A model generated the notes under the pieces. That model saw only the letters and a list, made by a program, of their open reading frames with translations. It was not told where the DNA came from and made no database searches. Of a DNA stretch of 64,000 nucleotides, positions 29,179-38,681 are shown one piece after another. The translations under genes and the position numbers were made by a program. Within the stretch, counting starts at the first letter, position 1; each line of letters starts with the position of its first letter. Source of the DNA: Patescibacteria group bacterium (GTDB taxonomy: Bacteria; Patescibacteriota; UBA1384; XYA2-FULL-43-10); contig JBAYVT010000004.1 in NCBI GenBank assembly GCA_041674405.1, forward strand, positions 10,599-74,598, given 5' to 3'.

Positions 29179-31377
29179 ATGAAAAGTTATAAATTCATAA
29201 AATCCATTTCTCGATACCTCATAGTTTTTGCTGTTTTTGCAACCGCTACCTCCGCCATGGTTTTTGCTGTGCAAAATAACCAGGTGGGCGCGGACACAAC
29301 AACAGGTGTCAATTCCGCTGCCACTTCTGGAACAAGCAGCACGGGAGTCTCATCCGGAAAGGATTCCTCAGACGCTAAAAAAACTATTTCCGCTACCCCT
29401 AACTACAAAGTTGTTAAGTCATCTTCCGGTACCTCCGCCAAGATGGTCTTGGTTTCGGTCACAAATGAAGAAATTACTGGAGCTGATTATACAAACTCCA
29501 CCACCAGCTATGGCATTACAAAATCCAAAGACAGCGCTACATGCGAAAACATACTTTCCCTTGATGAATATTGTTACATTTTGACCTACAACCAAGAGTG
29601 GATCAAGCCTTCGGTCATTGATCCGATAAGCCCATCCTGGATATTTCTTGAAGAAATAAAGGGCCGCGCGACCACAGCAAGTGACTCATCTTCTCTCACC
29701 ATTATTAACAATGCCGAAGCCAGTTTTGCTTCGACTGCGCTCCAGAAATGGGACGGAGTAGATCTCTCGCAAATATCTCAGGGCGACGGGCAGATTATCA
29801 TTCGATCAGAGGCTTTTTTCGATGCACTTGACGCAGATAAATTGACCTCAACCGGGTCTTATGTCACCTATTCGGCACCACAAGACAAGAAAACCTCCAG
29901 TGGAACAACTTCGAAACAGCTCATTGTGAAACTGGCACCAGCGTATCCGGATGCAAAAGCTGAATCGCTATGGATGGACGCAATTGATTTCACTTTGGGA
30001 TCTGTAATTATCCCCTGGCAAGAAACCTTTCATGTGGATTTGTCGGACAAAAAATTAGCGCTTGAGAATCATCGAAAGGCATATGCAAACTATGCTGATG
30101 TGGCATCGTCAAAAACAGATGTGAACGGAACAGCCTTGAAAATTTCCGGCCCGCAAAAAATCATTATTGGCACCGATGGCTCGGCAAAAACAGACGGCGG
30201 TTTCAGTGTCACCATTGATCCTACCAAATTTACCAAACCCGAGAGAGGATACAAAACCCAGGTGTATATTAAGCCAACTGTCAAAAATGGGGATGCTGTT
30301 TTCACTTATTTACAATCTACCGATCCGGCCGCAACGTCATTTCCCTTTACTTGGTCTGCGATTGCCACAAATCCTTATGCCACCTCTATTCTCGCCGATG
30401 GTTCAGTAAAAACATATGACGATAGTGAGATCAAAGCTAATGGAATAATGTCTTACGAAAAAAATTATCCGCAGTCATACACCGTCACCGCCATCACATA
30501 CAATCAAGATGATTCGGAAAAAGAGAGAGTCGTTATGACTTTCGATACGATCGGCGATTCTTCATTTACCGAAGCACCGAAGGTTGGTTCGGGCAATATC
30601 ACAAATGGGCATATCTCGATTTCTGTCCCACAAAACACATTCACTAAAGCTGACAGGCAGCCAGTTCATTACACGATTCAGCTCGCAGATACAAACAATC
30701 CTAAAAAAATGAAAAAGATTGTTGTCTGGACATGCGGAGGAACAGCATCTGCAACAATAGCAGGGGATTCAAGCAACTGCGTCGGCACAGGAAATATCGA
30801 GCAAACAATCGCTGCATTTATAATGAGCGACATTCGCCCAGCCGACAAGCCAACCTGGAAAGAACTTGCATATGATGAAAACGGAGAGGCTACTCTTCAG
30901 GGCGATTGGGATATTTCGGGTACAAATGTCGGCACATTTTCCTTGATGGCCAAGGCACATAGTGCCAATTCGGATGATTCGGGCGGTATGGCTTCATATG
31001 TTCCCGGCAGCAAAGTTGCCGTCACCGTGAGCATAACCGATTCGAAACTCAATGATGGAGGTGGTTTAGATACTAAGTTTACCGACCTCCTCAAGCTCGG
31101 GAAAAAAGCATCATCAAATGCCAGAGGGTCTTCAATTACAGACTTAACAGGGGCAGCCACCAGGGTTGTAAATATAATTTTGTCTGCCCTCAGTGCGATT
31201 TGCGTGTTGGCAATAATAATCGGCGGAATACAATACATCTCATCAGGGGGAGATCCGGCCAAAGCTGAAAAGGGCAAAAAAACTGTTATCTATGCTGTTT
31301 ATGGAATCGTTTTAGCAATATTAGGATTTTTTATTGAATATGTGGTTATTGACTTAATTCACCAAATACTAAAATGA
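29179..31377 (+). CDS. Large Ser/Thr-rich surface protein with a C-terminal VirB2/TrbC-like pilin module (candidate pilus-tip or adhesin fusion)
   Basis: N-terminal signal anchor and a roughly 640-aa ectodomain. The last roughly 80 aa (VVNIILSALSAICVLAIIIGGIQYISSGGDPAKAEKGKKTVIYAVYGIVLAILGFF) align in pattern with the neighbouring small pilins. Confidence 0.55.
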   Translation: MKSYKFIKSISRYLIVFAVFATATSAMVFAVQNNQVGADTTTGVNSAATSGTSSTGVSSGKDSSDAKKTISATPNYKVVKSSSGTSAKMVLVSVTNEEITGADYTNSTTSYGITKSKDSATCENILSLDEYCYILTYNQEWIKPSVIDPISPSWIFLEEIKGRATTASDSSSLTIINNAEASFASTALQKWDGVDLSQISQGDGQIIIRSEAFFDALDADKLTSTGSYVTYSAPQDKKTSSGTTSKQLIVKLAPAYPDAKAESLWMDAIDFTLGSVIIPWQETFHVDLSDKKLALENHRKAYANYADVASSKTDVNGTALKISGPQKIIIGTDGSAKTDGGFSVTIDPTKFTKPERGYKTQVYIKPTVKNGDAVFTYLQSTDPAATSFPFTWSAIATNPYATSILADGSVKTYDDSEIKANGIMSYEKNYPQSYTVTAITYNQDDSEKERVVMTFDTIGDSSFTEAPKVGSGNITNGHISISVPQNTFTKADRQPVHYTIQLADTNNPKKMKKIVVWTCGGTASATIAGDSSNCVGTGNIEQTIAAFIMSDIRPADKPTWKELAYDENGEATLQGDWDISGTNVGTFSLMAKAHSANSDDSGGMASYVPGSKVAVTVSITDSKLNDGGGLDTKFTDLLKLGKKASSNARGSSITDLTGAATRVVNIILSALSAICVLAIIIGGIQYISSGGDPAKAEKGKKTVIYAVYGIVLAILGFFIEYVVIDLIHQILK

Positions 31378-31685
31378 TGCATAAAATTATTTCTATCGCT
31401 ATGGCTGCGGATGACCTTAAGCTGCCGGAGAAATCTGGTGGCACAGAGGCTGATCTTGGCACTGTTCTTGGCTTTCTTGAAAAAATTATTTCTATTGCCA
31501 TGGATATCGCCATAATCCTCGGTGTTATTATGATTTTTGTTTCCGCCTTTATATATGCAAGCTCTTTCGGCGAAGAATCCAAGGCAGAAACTGCCAAAAA
31601 GACTCTTTTGTGGGCAGTTATCGGAACAGGCGTAGCATTCTTGGCAAAGATTATTGTTGACAACCTTGATCTGCTTTTGGGTTAG
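31374..31685 (+). CDS. VirB2/TrbC-like pilin-module protein 2
   Basis: 103 aa with the two-helix module IILGVIMIFVSAFIYASSFGEESKAETAKKTLLWAVIGTGVAFLA. Its start overlaps the stop of the upstream gene. Confidence 0.5.
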   Translation: MMHKIISIAMAADDLKLPEKSGGTEADLGTVLGFLEKIISIAMDIAIILGVIMIFVSAFIYASSFGEESKAETAKKTLLWAVIGTGVAFLAKIIVDNLDLLLG

Positions 31686-31768
31686 CGCATCAATAATGTT
31701 ATTTGACAAGCAAAAAATATGTGCTTAAAATTGTTCTTAGTGGACTTAAATAATAAGACGGAGGGCGA

Positions 31769-32086
31769 ATGAATTTAGTAGAAAAGGCGTACGCGGTTAG
31801 CAAAAACCAGTGGACTGGTTTGCTAAACCCAACAGCCACCACTTCGGGAAACTGGCAAGATATTGTTAATAACGTTATTAACATTGTCTTGATGGTAGCT
31901 GGTGCATTAGCGGTTATTTATCTAATCTATTCTGGCATTCTCTACATTACTGCGGCAGGTAATCCGGATTCAGCCAAAAAGGGTCAGCAAGGCATTATCA
32001 ATGCTGTGATCGGTATTGTGATCATCGTTGCCGCATTCTTCATCGTCAGAGCAGCAATGGGTCTTGCTGGGCAAGCTACAAAATAA
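31769..32086 (+). CDS. VirB2/TrbC-like pilin-module protein 3
   Basis: 105 aa with VINIVLMVAGALAVIYLIYSGILYITAAGNPDSAKKGQQGIINAVIGIVIIVAAFF. It has its own TTGACA...TTAAAAT promoter and a GGAGGG Shine-Dalgarno. Confidence 0.5.
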   Translation: MNLVEKAYAVSKNQWTGLLNPTATTSGNWQDIVNNVINIVLMVAGALAVIYLIYSGILYITAAGNPDSAKKGQQGIINAVIGIVIIVAAFFIVRAAMGLAGQATK

Positions 32087-32096
32087 GATCAATTGG

Positions 32097-33761
32097 TTAA
32101 TCTTTCGTTACGCGCCAGACTTCTTCTGCAGTCGTAACGCCCGATAAAACTTTTGAAAGTCCGTCCTGTTCCATGGTAATCATGCCTGAAGACAGGGCGG
32201 CTTTTGTAAATTCCGAGAGTCCGGCTTTTTCGAATAATAGTTTATCGATTGACTCGTTTGGAACAAGCACTTCAATAATTACTTGCCGGCCAGAAAACCC
32301 GACATTTCTACATTTTCCACATCCTTTTCCGCGTTTTAGCTTGGGAGCGGCACTTGATAACAAATTTTGGGATGCAGGATCCAATAATTTTTGAATAGGC
32401 AACAAAGAGTCTTGAATTTCTTTCCAGACTTCAGGGCTGGGAGTATATTCCTCGGCACAAGCCGGGCATATTCTGCGCACGAGCCGCTGAGCCATAACCA
32501 AGTTTATTGATCCTGACAAGAGGAATGGTTTTACGCCAATATCAAGCAATCGGACAAAAACTCCGGGTGCAGAGTTGGCGTGAATAGTAGAGAGCAGCAA
32601 ATGGCCCGTCATGGCAGCCTGTATCGCAATTTCCGCCGTTTCGGTGTCTCTTACCTCCCCTACCATTAAAATGTCAGGATCTTGGCGCAGAGAGGCTCTA
32701 AGACCCAAGGCGAAGGTATATCCCTCCTCTTTTTCAACCTGGCTCTGCTCCACACCGGGAATGTGATACTCGACAGGATCCTCAAGAGTGATTATTTTTA
32801 CATTTGACTTATTGAGCTCATGTAAAATTGCATAAAGCGTAGAGGATTTACCTGAACCGGTCGGTCCAGAAGTTAGAATCATCCCATGCGGCTTCGAAAT
32901 TGCTGCCTCGATTACAGATAGCGCATCGGGCCTTATGCCCAAGTTCTTTAGGCTCAAGATTGACCCAGTTTGGCGGAGCAATCGGATTACAACGCTCTCT
33001 CCGTCAGCTGAAGGTAAGGTAGACACTCTTAAATCGATTGGCTCCTCTCCAAACTTGAAAGAAAACCTGCCGTCCTGCGGTTCGATGGCATTATCCATTT
33101 TTAGTTTCGATAAAAATTTTATTCTGGATAAAAGTGACTTATACTGGGACATCGGAAGAGACACGACGTTTTGCAAAACCCCGTCAATTCTGTATCGAAT
33201 AATGAATTCTTTTTCTGTCGGCTCAAGGTGGATATCTGATGCATTTGTTTTTGCTGCTCCGGTCATAATTACCTCGAGGAGATGGGTAGTTGATACGCTT
33301 CTGGCGACACTGGCAGCTGATTCTAAATCTTTAATCTCTTCCGTAAAGTTTTGCCCGGATTCTTTCGTTTCTTCGGCTTTCTTTTTTTCCTCTTTTTCTT
33401 TGTTTTCATAAGCCAGAATGCCGTAAAACAGGCTTGCTTTCGAAATTAATGATTTCACAAATTTCAATTTCGATGTTCTCTCAAGCTCGGCTAGATAAGA
33501 TGCCATGGCATCATCCGAAGGGTTGGCTGTGCCAATTTTTACCGTAGACCCGATCTTTAAGTAAGGAATAATTTGAAACCTCAAGGCGATTTCCTTTGAA
33601 ATCAAATTTAAAATCTCCGGCGCAATCGGATAATTTGAGAGATTTATATATGGCAAATTCAGCTTTTTTGCCAATTCTTGGGTATGTCTCTCCTCCTGCT
33701 CGCGGTTGAGGTAAAAAATTGTCTTATTAAGATCAGGCAAGTTCCCTCCGGTCAAAAACAA
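32097..33761 (-). CDS. pilB: Type IV pilus / type II secretion family assembly ATPase (PilB/GspE)
   Basis: GspE N-terminal domain, Walker A LTSGPTGSGKSS, Asp/His boxes (GEVRDTETAEIAIQAAMTGHLLLSTIHANSA) and a C-terminal tetracysteine CPAC...CGKC. Confidence 0.85.
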   Translation of the reverse strand: MFLTGGNLPDLNKTIFYLNREQEERHTQELAKKLNLPYINLSNYPIAPEILNLISKEIALRFQIIPYLKIGSTVKIGTANPSDDAMASYLAELERTSKLKFVKSLISKASLFYGILAYENKEKEEKKKAEETKESGQNFTEEIKDLESAASVARSVSTTHLLEVIMTGAAKTNASDIHLEPTEKEFIIRYRIDGVLQNVVSLPMSQYKSLLSRIKFLSKLKMDNAIEPQDGRFSFKFGEEPIDLRVSTLPSADGESVVIRLLRQTGSILSLKNLGIRPDALSVIEAAISKPHGMILTSGPTGSGKSSTLYAILHELNKSNVKIITLEDPVEYHIPGVEQSQVEKEEGYTFALGLRASLRQDPDILMVGEVRDTETAEIAIQAAMTGHLLLSTIHANSAPGVFVRLLDIGVKPFLLSGSINLVMAQRLVRRICPACAEEYTPSPEVWKEIQDSLLPIQKLLDPASQNLLSSAAPKLKRGKGCGKCRNVGFSGRQVIIEVLVPNESIDKLLFEKAGLSEFTKAALSSGMITMEQDGLSKVLSGVTTAEEVWRVTKD

Positions 33762-33866
33762 AAGTCAAAAATATGCAAATTTAGTTCAATTATAGAACAC
33801 CCGGACAAATAATACCAATGGACAATTTCGGGCAAAGATGATAATGTTTGAGTCTGAAGACCTTAC

Positions 33867-33956
33867 GGTGAGGTGCTAGAGTGGTTGAATAGGCCGGTCT
33901 CGAAAACCGGTATGCCCGCAAGGGTATCGTGGGTTCAAATCCCACCCTCACCGCCA
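33867..33956 (+). tRNA. tRNA-Ser (anticodon CGA), class II with a long variable arm and encoded CCA
   Basis: Acceptor GGTGAGG/CCTCACC, anticodon stem CCGGT/ACCGG with loop CTCGAAA, T-arm GTGGG-TTCAAAT-CCCAC. Confidence 0.85.
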
Positions 33957-34045
33957 TCCCACGTTGCCCGATTTATCGGGCTATGCGGGATGAAGAACAG
34001 AATTTGAACGGGAAGGGGTCGGGAAACGGGAGTTTCCCGCTTCGG
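33957..34045 (+). repeat. Conserved element directly 3' of tRNA-Ser(CGA); homologous to 22028..22129
   Basis: TCCCACGTTGCCCGATTTATCGGGCTATGCGGG...AACGGGAAGGGGTCGGGAAACGGGAGTTTCCCG. The first 32 nt are nearly identical to the element after tRNA-Ser(TGA). Confidence 0.6.
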
Positions 34046-34108
34046 AAAAAACTAAAAACCGAGGGTTTTTAGAAGCTTGTCTCGAGGAACCGAGAGGCGA
34101 AGCGCTCG

Positions 34109-34129
34109 AAATCCCACCCTCACCGCCAT
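34109..34129 (+). repeat. Perfect 21-nt duplicate of the 3' end of tRNA-Ser(CGA) (T-loop through CCA)
   Basis: AAATCCCACCCTCACCGCCAT occurs at 33937..33957 inside the tRNA and again here, 150 bp downstream, at the edge of a GC-rich island. Confidence 0.7.
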
Positions 34130-34199
34130 TTGACGAGTTTATATCTCCAACTGAAAAAGCCGGCGCAAACTTCACGCCGACTTTTTAGTTCCTCACCTC

Positions 34200-34919
34200 C
34201 TATTTCACCGCGCAGATTATGTCGTAGTTGGGCTCTGCCGCAAGGTTTGGTCTCAAGACTCTCTTCACCCCTAGCCCCCGAACAAGCCCTTCCATTTCGT
34301 TTGGCGCAAGCAAATACGAAAGTGAGCGGTTCTGGAACTGCTGCCCGCGAACGATACCCTTCCCCTCTATCACCCGCGTTCGCCGAAACCAATCGTGGGT
34401 GATGTCAACCGCCATGCTGTAGCCGAGGAAGGAAAGGTTCAGGTGACCACCACCCTGATCAATCTCGTGCTGTGAGATCGTGTCGAGGTAGAGAAGTCCG
34501 CCGCTTTTTAAGGCAGCGAGCATTTCTTTTAGGCTTCTTCCGATCTCCATGCGACACCGACCAGGATCGAAGATATCGCCCTTCCCCCAGCCCCCCACGT
34601 TTGTTAAGCTGTTACCTCTGCATATCACAGCGTCGAAAGTCCTGGCCAGCTCGCGAGCCTTCCGCCAATCCAGTTTGCGAAACTCAATCGCCGGATGGCT
34701 GTGGCGAGCAGTGGCGATGTCGATCATCTCTTCGTCCGCATCGATCCCGACCCCTGTAAAGCCGCGCTCTGCTAAACCGTGCAGCACATGCCCACCGCCG
34801 CATCCACACTCGATGATTGTTCTGACGCCGAGTTCCCGCAGTAAATCCGCTAGTTCTTTGATGAACTCCGAGCCATACATCAGCTCGGACAAGATTACCC
34901 ACTGCTGTGACAGAGTCAC
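34200..34919 (-). CDS. Class I SAM-dependent methyltransferase in a GC-rich (about 57%) island
   Basis: Motif I IIECGCGGGHVLHGLAE and motif II GVGIDADEEM. A terminator hairpin lies downstream, and the gene overlaps the upstream gene by 4 bp. Confidence 0.75.
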   Translation of the reverse strand: MTLSQQWVILSELMYGSEFIKELADLLRELGVRTIIECGCGGGHVLHGLAERGFTGVGIDADEEMIDIATARHSHPAIEFRKLDWRKARELARTFDAVICRGNSLTNVGGWGKGDIFDPGRCRMEIGRSLKEMLAALKSGGLLYLDTISQHEIDQGGGHLNLSFLGYSMAVDITHDWFRRTRVIEGKGIVRGQQFQNRSLSYLLAPNEMEGLVRGLGVKRVLRPNLAAEPNYDIICAVK

Positions 34920-35560
34920 GTGCCTTCAACCTCCTTCATCATGATCACTCGCAGGCCTCCTGTTGCTGCGTCCTCCGGAATAAAATCCGGAGCTATCCAG
35001 AGAAACTTACCCCCAAGCCGGTAGTAGAAGGCCAAGAGCGGGTCGAGGCAAAGTTCGCGATCAGTAGGAAAGGGCCCTCCCGCGAGATGTCGATCTATCG
35101 CCTCCTTGAACGCGGGCCTTTGTCTAATCCCTTCTCTTGGGCTTCCATTGTAGGAGGCCGGCCTCCCGTCAGCTATTCCAAGGATGCAACCATCCGACTT
35201 AATTCGACCAAGCATAGCTTGCGCCAGTAATACTGCTGTGCGGGCATTGCGATACTTATCCTGCACGTTGAGGTTGTAGACGAAGGCACAATCATGGCTG
35301 GTCTCCATCGGCATCGTCGAGAACTCCCCAAAGTTTCTGGAAAATGCTTTGGGATCACTCGGATAAAACCGGGAGTAGGAAAAGCAGATTTTCCCAACCA
35401 GCTCCCCGTCCAGTCTGGCCCCAAGCATGATGTGTCCAAGGCGCAGCCGCTGCTCGATCAGCTCACGGCTGGCGCGCAGATAGGGCGGGAACGACAGGTT
35501 CTCGTCTTCGAGGATTTCGTCCAAATCCTCGAAAGACAACTCGACTATCATCGTGTCCAT
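34916..35560 (-). CDS. Putative GNAT-like acyltransferase in the GC-rich island (start at MDTM, with AGGAGG 7 nt upstream)
   Basis: GC-rich coding begins at the internal Met; upstream of it, the 45 codons of the longer ORF are AT-rich and unlikely to be coding. AFVYNLNVQDKYRNARTAVLLAQAM resembles a GNAT motif A region. Confidence 0.45.
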   Translation of the reverse strand: MDTMIVELSFEDLDEILEDENLSFPPYLRASRELIEQRLRLGHIMLGARLDGELVGKICFSYSRFYPSDPKAFSRNFGEFSTMPMETSHDCAFVYNLNVQDKYRNARTAVLLAQAMLGRIKSDGCILGIADGRPASYNGSPREGIRQRPAFKEAIDRHLAGGPFPTDRELCLDPLLAFYYRLGGKFLWIAPDFIPEDAATGGLRVIMMKEVEGT

Positions 35561-35710
35561 AATGTCTCGCCTCCTTTGGATTCTTCGAAACAAAAAATTA
35601 TCCCTCCGTCTTGGCAGGATGTCAATAATTTGCACAGGGATTTTGTTAGTGATATCCTTTAATCGAGATTGTTTTATTAAAATGTTGTCAAAGTTTTTCA
35701 CAAATAAGTT

Positions 35711-36469
35711 ATGAACTTACAGGCAATTTTAGAGGAATTCGGGCTTTCCAAACGCCAGGCCAGCGTCTATCTGGCAAATTTGGAGTTGGGAGAGGCGAGT
35801 GTTGCTCAAATTGCCGAAAAAGCTCAAATCGAGCGTACTGGCACCTACTACGTTATAGAATCGCTGTGCGGCAAAGGCCTTATCGTCGAGATTGAGCGAG
35901 GCAAAAAAGATTTTTTTGTCGCCATCGAGCCAAAAGAGCTGCTATCAATTGCAAAAAGAAGAGAAAAGTTGATATTAGAACACCTGCAGGAATTTGAGGC
36001 CTTTTCGAATATCTCCTCGGAGAAACCTCATGTCCGCCTTTACACCGGAATCAACGGAATAAAAACGGTTTTTTTAAAAACAATTGAGAAACCAAAAATA
36101 CAGATGCTGGGCTTTTCACCCTACAGAACAGCCGAGAAAACCGCCTGGTACAACGGCAAAGAGTATGTGGAATGGGGTTTGGACTATATCAGGAAACGAG
36201 CCTCCAGAAGGATTTTCGCTCGCACCATCGCTGAAGATACACCGGAATCACAAGCGCGCAAGGGGAGAGACGCTGAAGAACTGCGGGAAACACGTCTGGT
36301 TCCACACGATAAATTCCTGTTCACCAACGAAATAGCCATCCTCGACGATTGGGTCGCGGTAATTTCATACAAAGAGATGGCTGCGCTTGTAATTGAATCA
36401 AAAGAATTTACTAAAACAATGAGATCAATTTTTGAACTAGCATGGGATGGAGCGGAAAAATATTTGTAG
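35711..36469 (+). CDS. TrmB-like HTH transcriptional regulator (paralog of 9357..10115)
   Basis: EEFGLSKRQASVYLANLELGEASVAQIAEKAQIERTGTYYVIESL at the N-terminus, and about 252 aa like its paralog. Confidence 0.6.
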   Translation: MNLQAILEEFGLSKRQASVYLANLELGEASVAQIAEKAQIERTGTYYVIESLCGKGLIVEIERGKKDFFVAIEPKELLSIAKRREKLILEHLQEFEAFSNISSEKPHVRLYTGINGIKTVFLKTIEKPKIQMLGFSPYRTAEKTAWYNGKEYVEWGLDYIRKRASRRIFARTIAEDTPESQARKGRDAEELRETRLVPHDKFLFTNEIAILDDWVAVISYKEMAALVIESKEFTKTMRSIFELAWDGAEKYL

Positions 36470-36521
36470 CCCAACGGATATTTCAGTTAATAATTTTTGA
36501 CTTGCAATTTTGATTTTTGAG

Positions 36522-37001
36522 CTATTTAAGTTGGAGCGCGTCTCCAATTTTTATATTATTTTGAGAAACTATACCCGCCTTAAGTTCCAGAACCTCATTT
36601 ATATCCGAATCCGGAACATAATTCGTAAGCTTATCTTCTGGCTCAACCGGAACATTTTCAACGATGCCTTTTACAATCCAGTCCTTCATCCAGACAATAT
36701 CGATTGGAAATTTCATCCCCTTCATCCAGAATGAGGGTTTGCCATAATTGTCAAAATAAAACAGCATCCCCTCATTGTCTTTTATATGATCGAATGCGGA
36801 CAATCCCATTTCGCGTTCAATTTGAGTCCTTGCCTCATAAACACTAAGCTCATGCCCCGAGATCACGATATCACGTTTGTTTAATTCGGTTTCGGCAATA
36901 TTTTTAGGAGTCCTGATTTTCAAAAGAACAAAAGCAACGATCGATAACATAATTACGATCCATAAAATTCCTGAGGTTTTTGTATGTGTTGGGCGAGACA
37001 A
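36522..37001 (-). CDS. DUF192 domain protein (COG1430)
   Basis: GMLFYFDNYGKPSFWMKGMKFPIDIVWMKD matches the DUF192 core; it has an N-terminal TM anchor. Confidence 0.75.
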   Translation of the reverse strand: MSRPTHTKTSGILWIVIMLSIVAFVLLKIRTPKNIAETELNKRDIVISGHELSVYEARTQIEREMGLSAFDHIKDNEGMLFYFDNYGKPSFWMKGMKFPIDIVWMKDWIVKGIVENVPVEPEDKLTNYVPDSDINEVLELKAGIVSQNNIKIGDALQLK

Positions 37002-37116
37002 AGGTCGCTACGCTCCAAATTACAATGATAAATTACAAACAAATTGTAAATCAAAAAATCACAATGCTCAAATTGTGATTTTCCATGTCTAATTCGTGTG
37101 TTTAATCTTGTAGTTC

Positions 37117-37629
37117 CTACTGCTTGTTTGATTTTTTCGGTTTAATTACAATTCTTCTGTCTTGGCCGGTACCGATTGATTCTGATTCTACATCGGCAAT
37201 ATTGGAAACAACCATGTGCACAATCCTTCTTTCGTATGAAGACATTGGGCTTAGCTCTTCGGATATTCCCGTGGCAAGCACTTGAAATGCTTTTTCCCGT
37301 GCATGTTTTTTGGTGCCTTCAATCCTTTTGTCGCGATATCCGTCTATGTCAATAACCAGAGATTTGTTGTGCTGAGCGATTTCCTTTCCCATTATTGAGC
37401 GCAGAATATGCTGAAAAGACTCCAAGCCCTCCCCCCCTTTGCCAATTAGCAGAGCCGGCGATTCTAGGTTGAAGTTCATAAAAACTATATTGTCTTTAAA
37501 TGTAACAATGGGATCAGCATCAAAGCCCATTAGGTCTAGGAGATTTTTTGAGTTGTCTTTAATTTTTAGGATCAATTCTTCCATTCTTGTCCTTCGATTT
37601 AAGTCTGCTGCAAAAGAATAATACCGCAC
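37117..37629 (-). CDS. khpB: Jag/KhpB RNA-binding protein (KH plus R3H domains)
   Basis: KH-like IGKGGEGLESFQ and R3H ELSPMSSYERRIVHMVV. It sits in the conserved position after yidC. Confidence 0.8.
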   Translation of the reverse strand: MRYYSFAADLNRRTRMEELILKIKDNSKNLLDLMGFDADPIVTFKDNIVFMNFNLESPALLIGKGGEGLESFQHILRSIMGKEIAQHNKSLVIDIDGYRDKRIEGTKKHAREKAFQVLATGISEELSPMSSYERRIVHMVVSNIADVESESIGTGQDRRIVIKPKKSNKQ

Positions 37630-37658
37630 CCACCCAATTGAATCAATGCCCGTGCCGG

Positions 37659-38543
37659 CTATTTCTTTTCGCGTATGGTAATCGACACGCCTTTTTTCTT
37701 GTCCTGTTTATCAAGCCGGCCCTGCATTACCTTTGTCATTAAGTCTTTTTTTGCTGGTTTTTCGGCTTTATTTTCTTTGGGTTCATCAATCTGTACAGGA
37801 CTTAATTCAGCCGAATTTTCGTTTTTAGTTTTTAGTTTTTCGTTCCGGATGTTTGTATTCACGTAATACTGCTGGCCGATGCTAAAAATTGTAGTGATAA
37901 TCCAGTAAATCACCAAAGCCGCGGGAACAGACCGGGCGATGAAAATGGTGATTAGGGGAAAAAGAAATATCATCTGTTTGTTCATCATTGCCATCGGATC
38001 ATTCTTTTGTGTAGGAGAAGCCTTTGGAAGAGTCATCCACGAAAGTAACATCTGCGTGGCACCGGCAATAATCGGCAGAATCCACAAATCGTGCAGTGCC
38101 AGATTAAACCCTAAAAATACCGTGTGCAAGGCTTCTGGGCGCGGCGTAAAGGAGTACAAAAGGTCATACCGAGAAGTATCAAGGCCGATTTGGAATACTT
38201 GATATAGAATAATGATGATTGGAAGCTGAATTAAGAGAGGCAAACACGAGCCCCAAGGGGACGTCCCCTCTTCTTTGTAGAGCCTCATCATTTCCTCATT
38301 CATTTTTTTCGGATCATCTTTGTGTTTCGTCCTGATTTCATTCATCTTTGGCTGAACCGCTTGCAGCTTTACACTCGCTTTTGCCGCCTTAAGGGAGCTT
38401 GGCAACAGAATCAAACGGATAATGATCGTTAAAATGACAATAGACCAACCCACAGAACCGCCCGTTGCCCATGCGAAAAAGATTAGAAGATTATAAAACG
38501 GAATATAGAGCACTGCTCTAAAAATTTCTTTAATAAAACTCAT
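37659..38543 (-). CDS. yidC: Membrane protein insertase YidC (short Gram-positive-like form)
   Basis: ILTIIIRLILLPSSLKAAKASVKLQAVQPKMNEI...GSCLPLLIQLPIIIILYQVF is the YidC/Oxa1 core. Confidence 0.88.
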   Translation of the reverse strand: MSFIKEIFRAVLYIPFYNLLIFFAWATGGSVGWSIVILTIIIRLILLPSSLKAAKASVKLQAVQPKMNEIRTKHKDDPKKMNEEMMRLYKEEGTSPWGSCLPLLIQLPIIIILYQVFQIGLDTSRYDLLYSFTPRPEALHTVFLGFNLALHDLWILPIIAGATQMLLSWMTLPKASPTQKNDPMAMMNKQMIFLFPLITIFIARSVPAALVIYWIITTIFSIGQQYYVNTNIRNEKLKTKNENSAELSPVQIDEPKENKAEKPAKKDLMTKVMQGRLDKQDKKKGVSITIREKK

Positions 38544-38681
38544 TAAGTTCCTTATTGTTACATTGCTAAATGGTTAAATTGTTATTTTTCAAGTTTGTCA
38601 TTTGTATATTTTATCAAGTAATTTATTGATCGCGGAAGCTTTTGTAAGTGCTCCAAAAATAAAACAATTTAACAATGCGGG

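Noticed and set aside
32097-33761. Calling this ATPase VirB11 of the T4SS-like system
   Set aside because: The GspE N-terminal domain and the C-terminal tetracysteine motif are PilB/GspE features. VirB11 lacks both and is smaller.
35561-35701. N-terminal 47 codons of ORF 34916..35701 (GTG start)
   Set aside because: The composition switches from AT-rich to GC-rich exactly at the internal ATG, which is preceded by AGGAGG. The upstream extension is probably not translated.
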